From Candidatus Gottesmanbacteria bacterium (GTDB lineage Bacteria > Patescibacteriota > Microgenomatia > UBA10105 > UBA927): a DNA stretch of 64,000 nucleotides. The translations under genes were made by a program, and so were the position numbers. Location of the stretch: contig OY970230.1 in the NCBI GenBank assembly GCA_963714095.1, positions 468,084-532,083 of the forward strand. The letters are read 5' to 3'. Under the pieces are notes generated by a model. The model was not told where the DNA came from. It ran no database searches and saw nothing but the letters and a program-made list of their open reading frames with translations. Every line of letters starts with the position of its first letter. The first letter of the stretch is position 1. Below are positions 1 to 10,460 of the stretch, in pieces.

Positions 1-806
1 TGGATGGGCTCCAACCGGTCAAGTACTGCTGTTGCGATATTCGTGGTGTTGTTGGCTGTGGCGATAAATAATACATCGGACAAATCAAACGGGTAATCCA
101 GATAATGATCCGTAAATGCCACATTTTGTTCAGGATCCAGAAGTTCAACCAGGACTCCCATAATATCTCCGCGTGCCGCATCTGCAACACGGTCTATTTC
201 ATCGAGCAATATCACTGGATTTTTGCTGCCGGCAAACCGTAAGCCTTTAAGAATTAACCCTATTTCCGCATCCGGCCGCACACGGGACTGACCGCGCAGG
301 TCTAAAGCATCACTCATACCACCGAACGGAATACGGACAAACCGCCGACCCATTGCCTGGGCGATGGATTTTGCAAGCGTCGTTTTCCCTGTACCCACCA
401 GACCTACTAGACATAATATCGGCGCACGTCTGGCCAGCATTGCATGGGAAAGTTTTGCTTCATTCGCCTTTTCTTCCTGTTTCCAACGGTCCTCATTCAG
501 TTTTAATACCGATAAATATTCCAGAATACGTTCTTTTACCGGTTGTAGACCATAATGATTTTTTTCTAAAATTTCTTTCGCTTTCCCAAGATCCAATATG
601 TCTTCTGTCCGTGTATTCCACGGGAGTGCAACGACCCAATCAATATACCGGAGCATTTGTTCGATATGAACACGGGCTGTAATATCAGTTTCCAACCGTG
701 AAATTTCCTCCAGGTTACCCAGCACACGCGCTTCCAAATCACCGGGAACATGCGACTCTGCAATTTTTTTCCGGAGACCCGTTACTTCATCGGAGAGCTT
801 AGACAT
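1..806 (-). CDS. Lon-like AAA+ ATPase lacking the N-terminal domain (partial, runs off window start)
   Basis: Manual translation from ATG at 806: MSKLSDEV...YIDWVVALPW...HYGLQPVKERILEYLSV...PILCLVGLVGTGKTTLAKSIA...NPVILLDEIDR...LLDPEQNVAFTDHYLDYPFDLSDVLFIATAN...LDRLE; these are Lon AAA motifs. Confidence 0.85.
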   Translation of the reverse strand, partial: MSKLSDEVTGLRKKIAESHVPGDLEARVLGNLEEISRLETDITARVHIEQMLRYIDWVVALPWNTRTEDILDLGKAKEILEKNHYGLQPVKERILEYLSVLKLNEDRWKQEEKANEAKLSHAMLARRAPILCLVGLVGTGKTTLAKSIAQAMGRRFVRIPFGGMSDALDLRGQSRVRPDAEIGLILKGLRFAGSKNPVILLDEIDRVADAARGDIMGVLVELLDPEQNVAFTDHYLDYPFDLSDVLFIATANNTTNIATAVLDRLEPI

Positions 807-825
807 ACAAAACCATCATATCACA

Positions 826-3003
826 TTAAAACCTACGAGGACCGCGACTGCCTCCCCGGAATGGCCTATTACCACCTTCTCTTCGTTCACGCATGGGGGC
901 TTTTTTGGCGTCTTCACCGAACAGCATGGATAAATTAATTCTGTGCATATCATCCACTTCCATTACCCGTACGTGCACTTTTTGGCCCAGCTTGACCACG
1001 TCTTCCGGCTTACTCACAAAACCCGTGGACATTTGAGATACATGCACCATGCCCTCTTTACCGGGAAGAATCTCCACAAAAGCACCGAACGGCAAGATGC
1101 GCTTGACTTCGCCGTCAAATTCTTCCCCGACGGTTACATCGCGGGTCAACCCTGTCACCCAATCAACTGCTTTTTGCACGGCAACCTGATCAACACCGGA
1201 AATCATGACAGACCCGTCATCTTCTACATCCACTGTGGCGCCGGTTGTGGCTATAATATTGCGGATCATTTTGCCGCCGGGTCCGATGACTTCACCGATT
1301 TTTTCAACCGGAATCTTCACGACTTGTACTTTGGGTGCGTATTGGGACAAACTCTTCCGCGGAGCAGCGAGAACAGACAACATTTTCTCCAAAATCTTCA
1401 TCCGTGCAACACGTGCCCGTTCAAACGTCCCTTCAATAATTTCATCCGTTATTCCGTCGATTTTCATATCCAGCTGAATTGCTGTAATACCATTTTTGGT
1501 TCCTGCCACTTTAAAATCCATGTCGCCGGCAAAATCTTCAATGCCCATGATGTCGGTGAGAAGTATAAACTTTTTCTTATCCGACATAAGACCAATGGAG
1601 ATACCTGCCACCGGTTCCTTGATCGGTACGCCCGCATCCATAAGGGCAAGAGTGGAAGCGCATGTGGATGCCATAGACGTAGATCCGTTACTGGACATTA
1701 CTTCGGAAACCAACCGGATCGTGTACGGGAATTCTTCCTCAGCCGGAATGACGGACAATAATGCCCGTTCGGCTAATGCTCCGTGACCGATCTCGCGGCG
1801 GGACGGCGTTCCCACTCGTCCGGTTTCTCCGACAGAATAGGGCGGCATGCTGTAATGATGGATATACCGCTTTGCCTCTTCTCCGGTCGGACTTTCAATA
1901 AGCTGTTCCAAAGACGGAGTGCCCAATGTGGCAACAGTCAAAACCTGTGTCTGACCGCGTTGGAAGACTGCACTTCCGTGCGTGCGGGGAAGCATACCGA
2001 CATCTACGGAAAGCGGTCGGATTTCATCAATTTTTCTGCCGTCAAACCGTTTTGCTTTCGTGAGAATGTTGTCGCGGACCTGTTTTTTAAACAGTGCATC
2101 AAGAGCCTCCTCAATTGCTTTTTGCGTATACTCTTTTCCGTATGCTTCTGTAATGGACTTCGCTAACGCTACAACCTCATCGCCGCCGAATTCTTTTTCC
2201 GCTTTTTTGGCGAATGCCGATTCCATTTCTTTTTTATAATCTTTGGCAATTTTTGCTTTCAGATCTTCAGCTTCTGTTGCAACCGGAGCTATAACTTTTT
2301 TCTTTCCAACTTCTTTAACCAACTCTTCAATAAGGCTGATGATCTTCGCATTGGATTCTTTTGCCATAATGACGGCTTTTTTTACTGTTTCTTCCGGTGT
2401 TTCGCAGAAACCGCCTTCGAGCATCATAACTTTATCCTTATTAGATGCAACGATAAAATCAAAATCACTTATCGCCTGTTCGGAAATACGGGGATTCACA
2501 ATAAGCGTCCCCTCATCGCCATCGGCATGGACATATCCCATGCGGACGCCGGAAACCGGTCCGTTCCACGGGATGGGAGAAATGGCAATAGCGGCCGATG
2601 TGGCGACAAGGGCCATGACATCCGGATCGTTTTCTCCGTCAACGGAAAGAACTGTGATAATTACCTGGACATCATGTTTATAGGATTTGGGAAACAGCGG
2701 CCGGATAGATCGGTCAATCACGCGTCCTGCCAGTACCGCATCATCGGAAGGTCTTCCCTCACGCTTCACCCAGCGGGAACCTTTAATGCGTCCGCCCGCA
2801 TAGAGCCGTTCGACGTATTCAACGGAAAGCGGAAAATAATCAAGCGTTGTTTCGCGGCTGGAAGCGGTAACGGTCGCCAATACCATCGTATCGCCGTACC
2901 GGGCTAACACCGCAGCAGAAGCCTGCTCGGCAAACCGACCCACCTCAAGCGAAAGCGTACGTCCGCCGATTTCTATGGATTTCTTAACAATTTTTTTCGA
3001 CAT
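826..3003 (-). CDS. pnp: Polyribonucleotide nucleotidyltransferase (PNPase)
   Basis: DYFPLSVEY, RREIGHGALAERAL, SNGSTSMAS, GDMDFKVAG, KH (IGPGGK) and S1 domains; start moved to MSKKIVKK ATG at 3003. Confidence 0.97.
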   Translation of the reverse strand: MSKKIVKKSIEIGGRTLSLEVGRFAEQASAAVLARYGDTMVLATVTASSRETTLDYFPLSVEYVERLYAGGRIKGSRWVKREGRPSDDAVLAGRVIDRSIRPLFPKSYKHDVQVIITVLSVDGENDPDVMALVATSAAIAISPIPWNGPVSGVRMGYVHADGDEGTLIVNPRISEQAISDFDFIVASNKDKVMMLEGGFCETPEETVKKAVIMAKESNAKIISLIEELVKEVGKKKVIAPVATEAEDLKAKIAKDYKKEMESAFAKKAEKEFGGDEVVALAKSITEAYGKEYTQKAIEEALDALFKKQVRDNILTKAKRFDGRKIDEIRPLSVDVGMLPRTHGSAVFQRGQTQVLTVATLGTPSLEQLIESPTGEEAKRYIHHYSMPPYSVGETGRVGTPSRREIGHGALAERALLSVIPAEEEFPYTIRLVSEVMSSNGSTSMASTCASTLALMDAGVPIKEPVAGISIGLMSDKKKFILLTDIMGIEDFAGDMDFKVAGTKNGITAIQLDMKIDGITDEIIEGTFERARVARMKILEKMLSVLAAPRKSLSQYAPKVQVVKIPVEKIGEVIGPGGKMIRNIIATTGATVDVEDDGSVMISGVDQVAVQKAVDWVTGLTRDVTVGEEFDGEVKRILPFGAFVEILPGKEGMVHVSQMSTGFVSKPEDVVKLGQKVHVRVMEVDDMHRINLSMLFGEDAKKAPMRERREGGNRPFRGGSRGPRRF

Positions 3004-3016
3004 GAATTTTATGCTC

Positions 3017-3090
3017 GGGGAAAGAGGGAAGTGGGATAAAATCAATTCGCCAGCTGGCGAACTCATTCCATCACACTTCTTTCTAATCCC
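3017..3090 (-). promoter_or_regulatory. Long stem-loop in pnp 5' leader
   Basis: Perfect 16-bp palindrome TTCGCCAGCTGGCGAA (3046-3061) extended by arms 3028-3042 and 3065-3079; lies downstream of TGGTATAAT (-10 at 3104-3099). Confidence 0.55.
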
Positions 3091-3116
3091 TGAAATATAT
3101 TATACCAGAAATTTCC

Positions 3117-3515
3117 TTATTTTCCTAATCCAAGTTTCACTGAAATATCCTTGTAGCGTTTTGCGTCTTTCTTGTTGAGATAATTCAAAAGTCGCCGGCG
3201 TTTACTGACGATTCCCAATAAACCTCGCCGCGAATGATTATCGGACGGATTTGCTTTCAAATGGCCGACGAGTTTTTCAATACGCGCGGTCAGGAGTGCT
3301 ACCTGTACTTCAGGACTCCCCGTATCCCCTTCTTTTACCTGAAATTTTGCGATCACTTCCTGCTTTTCAACGCTGGGCGCCGGAATTATCGTTTCTTCGA
3401 TCTTTTTCGCAGCTTTTTTACCTATCGGGGCCTTGACTGCTGGTTTTACTGTTTTTGTTTCCTTTACCGCTTTCTTTTCAACAGTTTTCTTCACTTTTGT
3501 GGTTTTCGTGGCCAT
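3117..3515 (-). CDS. rpsO: 30S ribosomal protein S15 with Lys/Ala-rich N-terminal extension
   Basis: [13 protein letters not shown]...DNHSRRGLL...RRRLLNYL. Confidence 0.95.
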   Translation of the reverse strand: MATKTTKVKKTVEKKAVKETKTVKPAVKAPIGKKAAKKIEETIIPAPSVEKQEVIAKFQVKEGDTGSPEVQVALLTARIEKLVGHLKANPSDNHSRRGLLGIVSKRRRLLNYLNKKDAKRYKDISVKLGLGK

Positions 3516-3601
3516 ATAAGTTCAAAATGGAGCAATTTCGCGCTCCAATGGAGGTATTTTACCACAAACCGTTCTTTTTTTCAACGGACAAACTAAGGAA
3601 G

Positions 3602-4474
3602 TTAAATCAGATTCGAGCTTTTGTAGATTTTTGGTTTGAGCCAGTCAGGCGGCGTCTCTACTACTGGCTTTTTAGACTCAACAACCGGTGCTGCAACGGT
3701 TTCTACTGTCGGCACCTCTTCCTGCGTTGTTATCGATGATTTCCAAAACCGCTTCCCTCCAGCTTTAATACAGGCAGCCGCAAGCTCAAATGCAGTCACC
3801 CCAACGTGAGCTGTTTGAAATGCATCTGTAGCTCCATACAGAGCATTTAATACATTTGTTGCGATATCCGTTGTCAATCTGGCGCCGATACCGGACAAAA
3901 ACTGCGACACGACTTCCGCCGTAGAACTAGACTCCGGATCAACGATGTTCATCGTGCCGTACATCGCGTTATTCGGATGCCTATCGATATTAACGACTGT
4001 TTTTCCGGTGAATAATTCCTTATTTTCTTCATAGACTTTTTTCAATCCCCCGAGATGAAGGGTATCAACGGTAAAAATTAAATCTGCGGCAGAGCCGCCA
4101 TACGAATAATGCACTTTGTCTTCCGAAAATCCTGCGTTTCCCGTACGGGGCTCTATAACCAGATTAAATTTGTTTCCTTCAATATTGTAGCTTACTTTTT
4201 CGATCGATCCTTCCTCATAATCAAGGGAAATAATGAAGTTTTTACGGGATAAGTCAGCCGCAAATTTATTGACTCCGACAAAACTGGAAAACTCAACCGT
4301 CATCGCGTCCGGACACACGATATGCGGCTTTTTCCCGAGACTTTCGAGTCCTAAATAGAGCGCGAGTGAACTCCCGACACTATCAAACGTCGGGTGTTCA
4401 TGGGTAACGATAAGAATATCGTTGGCCTTATCGAGGATCTCTTTTACTTTTGAAATGTCGTTGGTGAGGTCCAT
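3602..4474 (-). CDS. DHH-family phosphoesterase-like protein with degenerate motifs
   Basis: THEHPTFDSVGS, VD, NIDRHP, SSTAEVV, TD motifs; sits at the usual nrnA position downstream of infB. Confidence 0.7.
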   Translation of the reverse strand: MDLTNDISKVKEILDKANDILIVTHEHPTFDSVGSSLALYLGLESLGKKPHIVCPDAMTVEFSSFVGVNKFAADLSRKNFIISLDYEEGSIEKVSYNIEGNKFNLVIEPRTGNAGFSEDKVHYSYGGSAADLIFTVDTLHLGGLKKVYEENKELFTGKTVVNIDRHPNNAMYGTMNIVDPESSSTAEVVSQFLSGIGARLTTDIATNVLNALYGATDAFQTAHVGVTAFELAAACIKAGGKRFWKSSITTQEEVPTVETVAAPVVESKKPVVETPPDWLKPKIYKSSNLI

Positions 4475-4476
4475 AA

Positions 4477-5961
4477 TCACGTTGTGACGGCGATTATAGC
4501 ATCTTGAAGCGCAAAATCAACTTTTTTGTCAAAAAGGATCCCGCATTCGACACCGGCTTTGTCCACTTTTGTCGTATCTTCCTTACCTTTCCGTATGGAT
4601 TTAATCCTGGCACGGGCGATTTCTTCTTCGCCACGCATAATTTTAACGGTGTCCCCGCGTGCTAAACGCCCCGAAACCAGCTTTGTGCCGGCTATCCGGG
4701 ATTTTTCAAACGGAAATTCCGCAATTACAGCACCTGTACCTAATTCCCGTTCCACAGCAAGCACCTCTTTGAGGCCGGAAACCACCTCGGTAAGCTCGTC
4801 CAGAAGCTCATAAATGATGGTGTAAATGCGAAATACTACTTTCTCGGCTGTCGCCAGACGCTCTGCGGATGGCGGGCATTTAACATTGAATCCTACGATA
4901 ATTGCTTTAACGGATTTAGCAGTCAGAACGTCCGCTTCATTTATATCCCCGATTCCGGCGGTAACGAGTTCTACTTGTTTCGGAAGCGCAGCGATGATCG
5001 CTTCCATAGATCCGGCCGTATCGACTTTCAGGATTACCGTCAATTTCCGGCCTTCCTGCTCCGCAACCGGCTTGAGCCAGTCAGGCAAGTTTTCGGCGGT
5101 AAACGGCGCGTTTGGTGCAATAGTTTCCTGAGGTTTTTGATCCAAATATTCGTCCGTCCGCAAAACCGATCCGACAGATGGGAGTGATGTGAATCCCAAT
5201 ACTTCAACCGGCCTTGCCGGACCTGCTGACTGAACCGCATGACCATATTCATCAAACATCGCCCGGACGCGCGCAACCTGCTTTGCCCCTTCAAAAAGCA
5301 ATGTCCCGAATTTTAATGTTCCTTTTTTTACGACAACGGTAGCAACCATTCCCTTGCCCTTATCCAACCGCGTCTCGACGACGACCGCCTCAAGAGGTGC
5401 ATCCGGTTCATTGTCAAGACCTTTCATTTGGGCAACCAGTGTAATAAGTTCTAATAGTTCCGGTACCCCTTTGCCTGTTTTTGCAGAAACCTGAATCACG
5501 GGTATATCACCGCCGAAGCCTTCCACCTGCACACCATTTTTAGCCAGGTCGGACTTGACTTTGTCCGGCATCGCGGTCGGCAAATCAATTTTATTCATGA
5601 CCACAATCATCGAGGCTCCGGATGCTTTAATTTGCTCAATGGATTCTTTGGTTTGAGGCATCACACTATCGTCGGCGGCAACCACAAGAAGAGCGATATC
5701 TGCAACGCGCGCCCCGCGGCTACGCATTTTGGCGAACGCTTCGTGGCCGGGTGTATCAATGAACGTAATTTTTTGCTTTTCTTTCCCGACCTCTACCTGA
5801 TAGGCACCGATATGCTGGGTGATTCCGCCGTGTTCGCCCGCGGCGACATTTGTGTGACGGATCGTATCGAGAAGCGTGGTTTTCCCGTGGTCAACGTGAC
5901 CCAATACCGCAACGATCGGGGGCCGTGAGAGTGTTTGTGCTTCTGTTTTCTTTTTCTTCAT
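4477..5961 (-). CDS. infB: Translation initiation factor IF-2 (short form)
   Basis: [42 protein letters not shown]. Confidence 0.97.
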   Translation of the reverse strand: MKKKKTEAQTLSRPPIVAVLGHVDHGKTTLLDTIRHTNVAAGEHGGITQHIGAYQVEVGKEKQKITFIDTPGHEAFAKMRSRGARVADIALLVVAADDSVMPQTKESIEQIKASGASMIVVMNKIDLPTAMPDKVKSDLAKNGVQVEGFGGDIPVIQVSAKTGKGVPELLELITLVAQMKGLDNEPDAPLEAVVVETRLDKGKGMVATVVVKKGTLKFGTLLFEGAKQVARVRAMFDEYGHAVQSAGPARPVEVLGFTSLPSVGSVLRTDEYLDQKPQETIAPNAPFTAENLPDWLKPVAEQEGRKLTVILKVDTAGSMEAIIAALPKQVELVTAGIGDINEADVLTAKSVKAIIVGFNVKCPPSAERLATAEKVVFRIYTIIYELLDELTEVVSGLKEVLAVERELGTGAVIAEFPFEKSRIAGTKLVSGRLARGDTVKIMRGEEEIARARIKSIRKGKEDTTKVDKAGVECGILFDKKVDFALQDAIIAVTT

Positions 5962-5992
5962 GTTTTGAAAAAATAATCCAGCGTTTCATACC

Positions 5993-7063
5993 TTATTCCG
6001 GTTTAACCGGCGCTGGTACAGCAACTTCCGCTGCTGCTTTCTCTTCAATTTTTTCATTCGTTCCTTTTTCAGCCGCAGGCTGACCTTCAACAATAGGGAC
6101 TCCTTTACCTCGAATATCAATCTTCCACCCAGTTAGTTTTGCAGCGAGCCGTACGTTTTGTCCGTCACGACCGATAGCCAGTGAAAGTTGATCGTCGGGT
6201 ACTAGTACTTCCGCGGATTTTTTTTCTTCGTTTAAACTAACTTCCATGTCCTTGGCAGGCGCCAGTGCCGACATAATAAAAACCTTGGGATCATCGCTCC
6301 ATTGGATAATATCAACTTTTTCAGCCCCGCCTAATTCGCTTATGACGCCCTGCACGCGTACACCTTTTTGCCCGACACACGATCCTACAGGATCCACGCC
6401 GGGTTGTTTAGAAAATACGGCAACTTTTGTCCTACCGCCGGCCTCGCGGGCGATAACACGAAATTCGACCGCGCCCTGGGCCACTTCCGGAACTTCACGC
6501 TTAAACAGTCCTTCAACGAGTCCTTTATGGGCACGGGAAACGATAATTTCATTGCCGCGCATGGTTTCACGGATTCCCTCCACATAGAACGTCAGCCGCT
6601 GGTTAAGATGGTACCGTTCACCCTGGCTCTGTTCGGACACCGGCATCACGGCCTGTGCACGACCGATATCAACGATAATATTCGGACCGTCAAACCGGAG
6701 CACCATTCCTGGTACAATCGAACCGATTTTGGTTTGGTAATCCGCCAAAACCGATTGTTTTTCCGCCTCCCGTATCCGCTGGAGAATAACTTGTTTAGCG
6801 GTTTGGGCGGCAATACGTCCGAATCCCGGAGGCGTAATGTCTTTACCGTCTTTGGATATTTTTGCCTCGCCCGTATCCGGATTAAGATCCACAACATACT
6901 GTTCAAGTTCAGTCGCCTCGGTAATACCTCCGCCGTAATCTTTACGGTACGCTGCCAAAATTGCAGCCTTTATGGTCTCCACAACCACAGCAGGATCAAT
7001 CCCCCGCTCCGTGGCGACTTGATTTAAGGCTAAGCTGAATTCACTTTTCACTGTTGCCGGCAT
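5993..7063 (-). CDS. nusA: Transcription termination/antitermination factor NusA
   Basis: FGRIAAQTAKQVILQRIREAE, DPVGSCVGQKG, LAIGRDGQNVRLAAKLTGWKIDI. Confidence 0.97.
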   Translation of the reverse strand: MPATVKSEFSLALNQVATERGIDPAVVVETIKAAILAAYRKDYGGGITEATELEQYVVDLNPDTGEAKISKDGKDITPPGFGRIAAQTAKQVILQRIREAEKQSVLADYQTKIGSIVPGMVLRFDGPNIIVDIGRAQAVMPVSEQSQGERYHLNQRLTFYVEGIRETMRGNEIIVSRAHKGLVEGLFKREVPEVAQGAVEFRVIAREAGGRTKVAVFSKQPGVDPVGSCVGQKGVRVQGVISELGGAEKVDIIQWSDDPKVFIMSALAPAKDMEVSLNEEKKSAEVLVPDDQLSLAIGRDGQNVRLAAKLTGWKIDIRGKGVPIVEGQPAAEKGTNEKIEEKAAAEVAVPAPVKPE

Positions 7064-7070
7064 AATTTAT

Positions 7071-7094
7071 AAAAAAAGGCGGGTCTCCCCACCT
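7071..7094 (-). terminator. Intrinsic terminator in nusA leader (or dnaJ terminator)
   Basis: AGGTGGG-GAGA-CCCGCCT followed by T6 on minus strand, between TGCTATAAT (-10 at 7116-7111) and the nusA ATG. Confidence 0.7.
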
Positions 7095-7124
7095 CATCTC
7101 TAATCTACCTATTATAGCACGATT

Positions 7125-8036
7125 TTATACCCGGTCAAGCTCATCCAACATCTCCTTCTGCCTTCTATTTAGATGTGTCGGGACATGAAGCTGGATTTTG
7201 ACATACTGATCGCCGCGGCCATTGCCATGCACGTGCGGCACACCTTTTCCGTGAAGGCGGATAAGCGTTCCCGGTTGTGTTCCCTGCTGGATACGGATTT
7301 TTAAAGGCCCGTCAATTGTACGAACATCAACAATCGCGCCGAGCGCCGCCTGAGAAAACGTAATTTCGTGTTCGATAATAAGATCGTCGCCTTGCCGCTG
7401 ATACTCGTGGCTCGGTTTTACCTCCAACACAATATCAAAATCATCAAACCGGATACGGCTTCCTGTATCCACACCGGCCGGAATTTTAATGGTCTTTTTC
7501 ACCGACCCGTCACCTGCTTCGCCTGCCGGAACATGTATTTCACGCGTCGCACCTTTTACGGCATCCATAAAATCAATACTTAACTCATACGCCTGCCTCG
7601 GTTGACGCCGAGAACTTCTCCCGCCAAACCCGCCGCCGAAAAACTGCTCAAAAATTTCAAACGGATCGATAAAATCTTCGCCAAAGGGCATCCCACCTCC
7701 GCCAGATGACGGACTTCCATTTGTGGAATAATAATATTGGAACGGGCCTTGCCGTCCAAATCCGCCACCGAACGGATTACCGGGTTGACCTCCCATACCG
7801 CCTGCTCCGGGTTGAAATGCTGCATGCCCGAACTGATCATAGGTTTCTTTCTTCTTTGAGTCGGACAGGACAGCATACGCCTCGTTTATTTCCTTAAACT
7901 TTTCGTTTGCATTGGGGGATTTGTTGCGGTCCGGGTGCCACTGCAGCGCGAGCTTGCGGTACGCGGCCTTAATCTCCGCCAGAGACGCGGATTTCGATAA
8001 TCCTAAAATTTCGTAATAATCACGTTTTGTCGCCAT
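7125..8036 (-). CDS. dnaJ: DnaJ-class co-chaperone without zinc finger (class B/CbpA-like)
   Basis: J domain with HPD, G/F-rich region, C-terminal domain; no CxxCxGxG repeats. Confidence 0.9.
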   Translation of the reverse strand: MATKRDYYEILGLSKSASLAEIKAAYRKLALQWHPDRNKSPNANEKFKEINEAYAVLSDSKKKETYDQFGHAAFQPGAGGMGGQPGNPFGGGFGRQGPFQYYYSTNGSPSSGGGGMPFGEDFIDPFEIFEQFFGGGFGGRSSRRQPRQAYELSIDFMDAVKGATREIHVPAGEAGDGSVKKTIKIPAGVDTGSRIRFDDFDIVLEVKPSHEYQRQGDDLIIEHEITFSQAALGAIVDVRTIDGPLKIRIQQGTQPGTLIRLHGKGVPHVHGNGRGDQYVKIQLHVPTHLNRRQKEMLDELDRV

Positions 8037-8054
8037 AGCTTACAATTATAATTC

Positions 8055-8080
8055 AAAAATGCCCCGTCTTCACGAGGCAT
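8055..8080 (-). terminator. Intrinsic terminator after dnaK
   Basis: ATGCCTCGT-GAAG-ACGGGGCAT followed by TTTT on minus strand. Confidence 0.7.
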
Positions 8081-8108
8081 CTTTGCTTTTTATGTTTAAA
8101 ATCTGCGA

Positions 8109-10001
8109 TTAACTGACCACTTCCCCTTCTTCTACTTTCTTGTCATCTTTCTTTTGATCGTCAGCTTTGGGTTCCTCGGCTCCAGGCGCTCCTGTCGGAG
8201 GCGTCTGACCCTGCGAATACATACTCGCCCCGACTTTTTGGACTGCGTCGGAAAGCTCGCTGGTTTTGGTTTCCAAATCCTCTTTAGAACCGGAATCCAA
8301 AATTTCCTTGAGTGCCTTCGACTTTTCCTCAACCGCAGTCTTATCCTCAGCTTTCGCCTTATCACCTGCGTCCTTAAGCGTCTTTTCAGCTACATAGAGC
8401 ATATTGTCTGCTTTGTTGCGCGCCTCAATTTTCTCTTTTTTCTCAGAATCTGCAGCGGCATTGGCTTCGGCTTCCGTTTTCATCTTCTCGACTTCATCTT
8501 TGGAAAGACCGGTCGAGTTGGTGATGCGGATATTGGACGCTTTACCTGTTGCCTTGTCTTTTGCGGCAACGTTCAAAATACCGTTGGCATCGATATCAAA
8601 CGTCACTTCCACCTGCGGCACACCGCGCGGCGCCGGCGGAATTCCCGAGAGAATAAACCGGCCGAGCGACTTGTTGTCCGCTGCCATCGGGCGCTCCCCT
8701 TGTAAAATATTTATTTCAACTGATGTCTGATTATCGGCAGCAGTCGAGTAAATTTCCGTTTTACTGGTAGGCACCGTGGTATTTCTCGTAATCATAGGAG
8801 TCGAAACGCCTCCTAATGTCTCAACGGAAAGTGTTAAAGGTGTAACGTCCAATAAAACAACATCTTTCACTTCACCGGTTAAAACGCCCGCCTGAACCGC
8901 GGCGCCCACTGCCACAACTTCATCAGGATTGACAGATTGGTTGGGAGTTTTACCAAAGAAATCTTTCACCGTGGATACAACCTTCGGCATACGGGTCATG
9001 CCTCCGACCAACACGATTTCATCAATATCTTTGATGGTTTTCTTCGCATCAGACAGACATTTCTTGACCGGTTCAATGCTCTTGGTAATCAGGTCGCCGA
9101 CCAACGATTCGAGTTTGGCGCGGTTGATTTTCATAACCAAATGCAATGGCCCATTCTTGCCCTGCGTGATAAACGGCAGGTTAATTTCCGTTTCCATGGA
9201 ACTCGACAGCTCTATCTTCGCTTTCTCCGCTGCGTCACGGATCCGCTGCAGCGCCTGCGGATCTTTGCGCAAATCCACGCCGTTATCTTTCTTAAATTCA
9301 TCGGCGATGAAGTCCAGAATCCGCTTATCAAAGTCATCGCCGCCCAAATGCGTGTCACCGTTTGTCGCCTTCACTTCGTACACGCCTTCTCCGAGTTCAA
9401 GAATGGAAATATCAAACGTGCCACCACCAAGATCGTAGACGGCAATCGTATGGGCGTTTTTCTTATCTAATCCGTACGCGAGAGCCGATGCGGTCGGCTC
9501 GTTGACGATACGCATCACTTCAAGGCCCGCTATTTCCCCTGCCTGTTTCGTCGCCTGGCGCTGGGAATCATCAAAATATGCCGGCACGGTGATAACAGCC
9601 TGCGTTACGGTTTCGCCGAGATATTTCTCCGCATCTGCTTTGATTTTGGCAAGCACTTTGGCAGAAATTTCCTGTGGGGTAAATTCTTTCCCTTCTACCA
9701 CCACGACCGCCATCCCGTTTTTACCGGATTTGATGGTATACGGGAGAAGTTTCATGTCCATCTGCACGGACGGGTCGGAAAATTTGCGGCCCATGAGCCG
9801 TTTCACTGAAAAAATCGTGTCTTTGGGATTTAAGACCGCCTGATGCTTGGCCACGTCCCCGACAATATTTTTAATCGGATCCACAACGGACGGAATGACA
9901 TTCCTCCCCTCGGCGGAATGGATAACTTTCGGGGCGCCGCCTTCCATGACAGCGACACATGAATTTGTTGTCCCCAGATCAATACCGATAATTTTAGACA
10001 T
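8109..10001 (-). CDS. dnaK: Chaperone DnaK
   Basis: [35 protein letters not shown]. Confidence 0.99.
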   Translation of the reverse strand: MSKIIGIDLGTTNSCVAVMEGGAPKVIHSAEGRNVIPSVVDPIKNIVGDVAKHQAVLNPKDTIFSVKRLMGRKFSDPSVQMDMKLLPYTIKSGKNGMAVVVVEGKEFTPQEISAKVLAKIKADAEKYLGETVTQAVITVPAYFDDSQRQATKQAGEIAGLEVMRIVNEPTASALAYGLDKKNAHTIAVYDLGGGTFDISILELGEGVYEVKATNGDTHLGGDDFDKRILDFIADEFKKDNGVDLRKDPQALQRIRDAAEKAKIELSSSMETEINLPFITQGKNGPLHLVMKINRAKLESLVGDLITKSIEPVKKCLSDAKKTIKDIDEIVLVGGMTRMPKVVSTVKDFFGKTPNQSVNPDEVVAVGAAVQAGVLTGEVKDVVLLDVTPLTLSVETLGGVSTPMITRNTTVPTSKTEIYSTAADNQTSVEINILQGERPMAADNKSLGRFILSGIPPAPRGVPQVEVTFDIDANGILNVAAKDKATGKASNIRITNSTGLSKDEVEKMKTEAEANAAADSEKKEKIEARNKADNMLYVAEKTLKDAGDKAKAEDKTAVEEKSKALKEILDSGSKEDLETKTSELSDAVQKVGASMYSQGQTPPTGAPGAEEPKADDQKKDDKKVEEGEVVS

Positions 10002-10014
10002 AGAGAAACCTCCT

Positions 10015-10458
10015 TTAATTAGTTAATGTTTTTCCTACTTTTACTTGTGCAACTCTCACTATTTTATCGTGCAGCCGATATCCCGGCAAAATTTGCTCTA
10101 CTACCATATTATCTTTGCCAGCGACGACTTCTATGCATTCCATCTGGTGAGGATCAAATGGCAGACCCACGACCTCAATTTTCTCTACTCCTAATTCAGA
10201 CAATACCGCATATAATTCTTTCAGAGCTAATTCCAATCCTGTATCTTTCACGTGTTCAGACGCTTTCGAAAGCGTATCAATGGTCGGCAGAAGTCGCGCA
10301 ATGATAACTTCCGCCGCATACTTTCGAATCTCCTGCTTCTCCGCTTGTGTCCGCTTTTCCAAATTCTGATAATCTGCCAGCGCCCGCAGATATTTTCCTT
10401 TCCATTCTTCCGCGTCTTTTGTTAATTGTTCAACATGTTCGTCAATCTTTTTTTTCAT
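10015..10458 (-). CDS. grpE: Nucleotide exchange factor GrpE
   Basis: [37 protein letters not shown]; lies between hrcA and dnaK. Confidence 0.95.
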   Translation of the reverse strand: MKKKIDEHVEQLTKDAEEWKGKYLRALADYQNLEKRTQAEKQEIRKYAAEVIIARLLPTIDTLSKASEHVKDTGLELALKELYAVLSELGVEKIEVVGLPFDPHQMECIEVVAGKDNMVVEQILPGYRLHDKIVRVAQVKVGKTLTN

Positions 10459-10460
10459 AA

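Noticed and set aside
943-2907. Long plus-strand ORFs opposite pnp (and similar ones opposite nusA, dnaK, groEL, nrdJ)
   Set aside because: Antisense shadows of conserved genes, with no recognisable motifs
3004-3066. Extended PNPase N-terminus from the ORF track
   Set aside because: Falls in the leader hairpin; homology begins at MSKKIVKK
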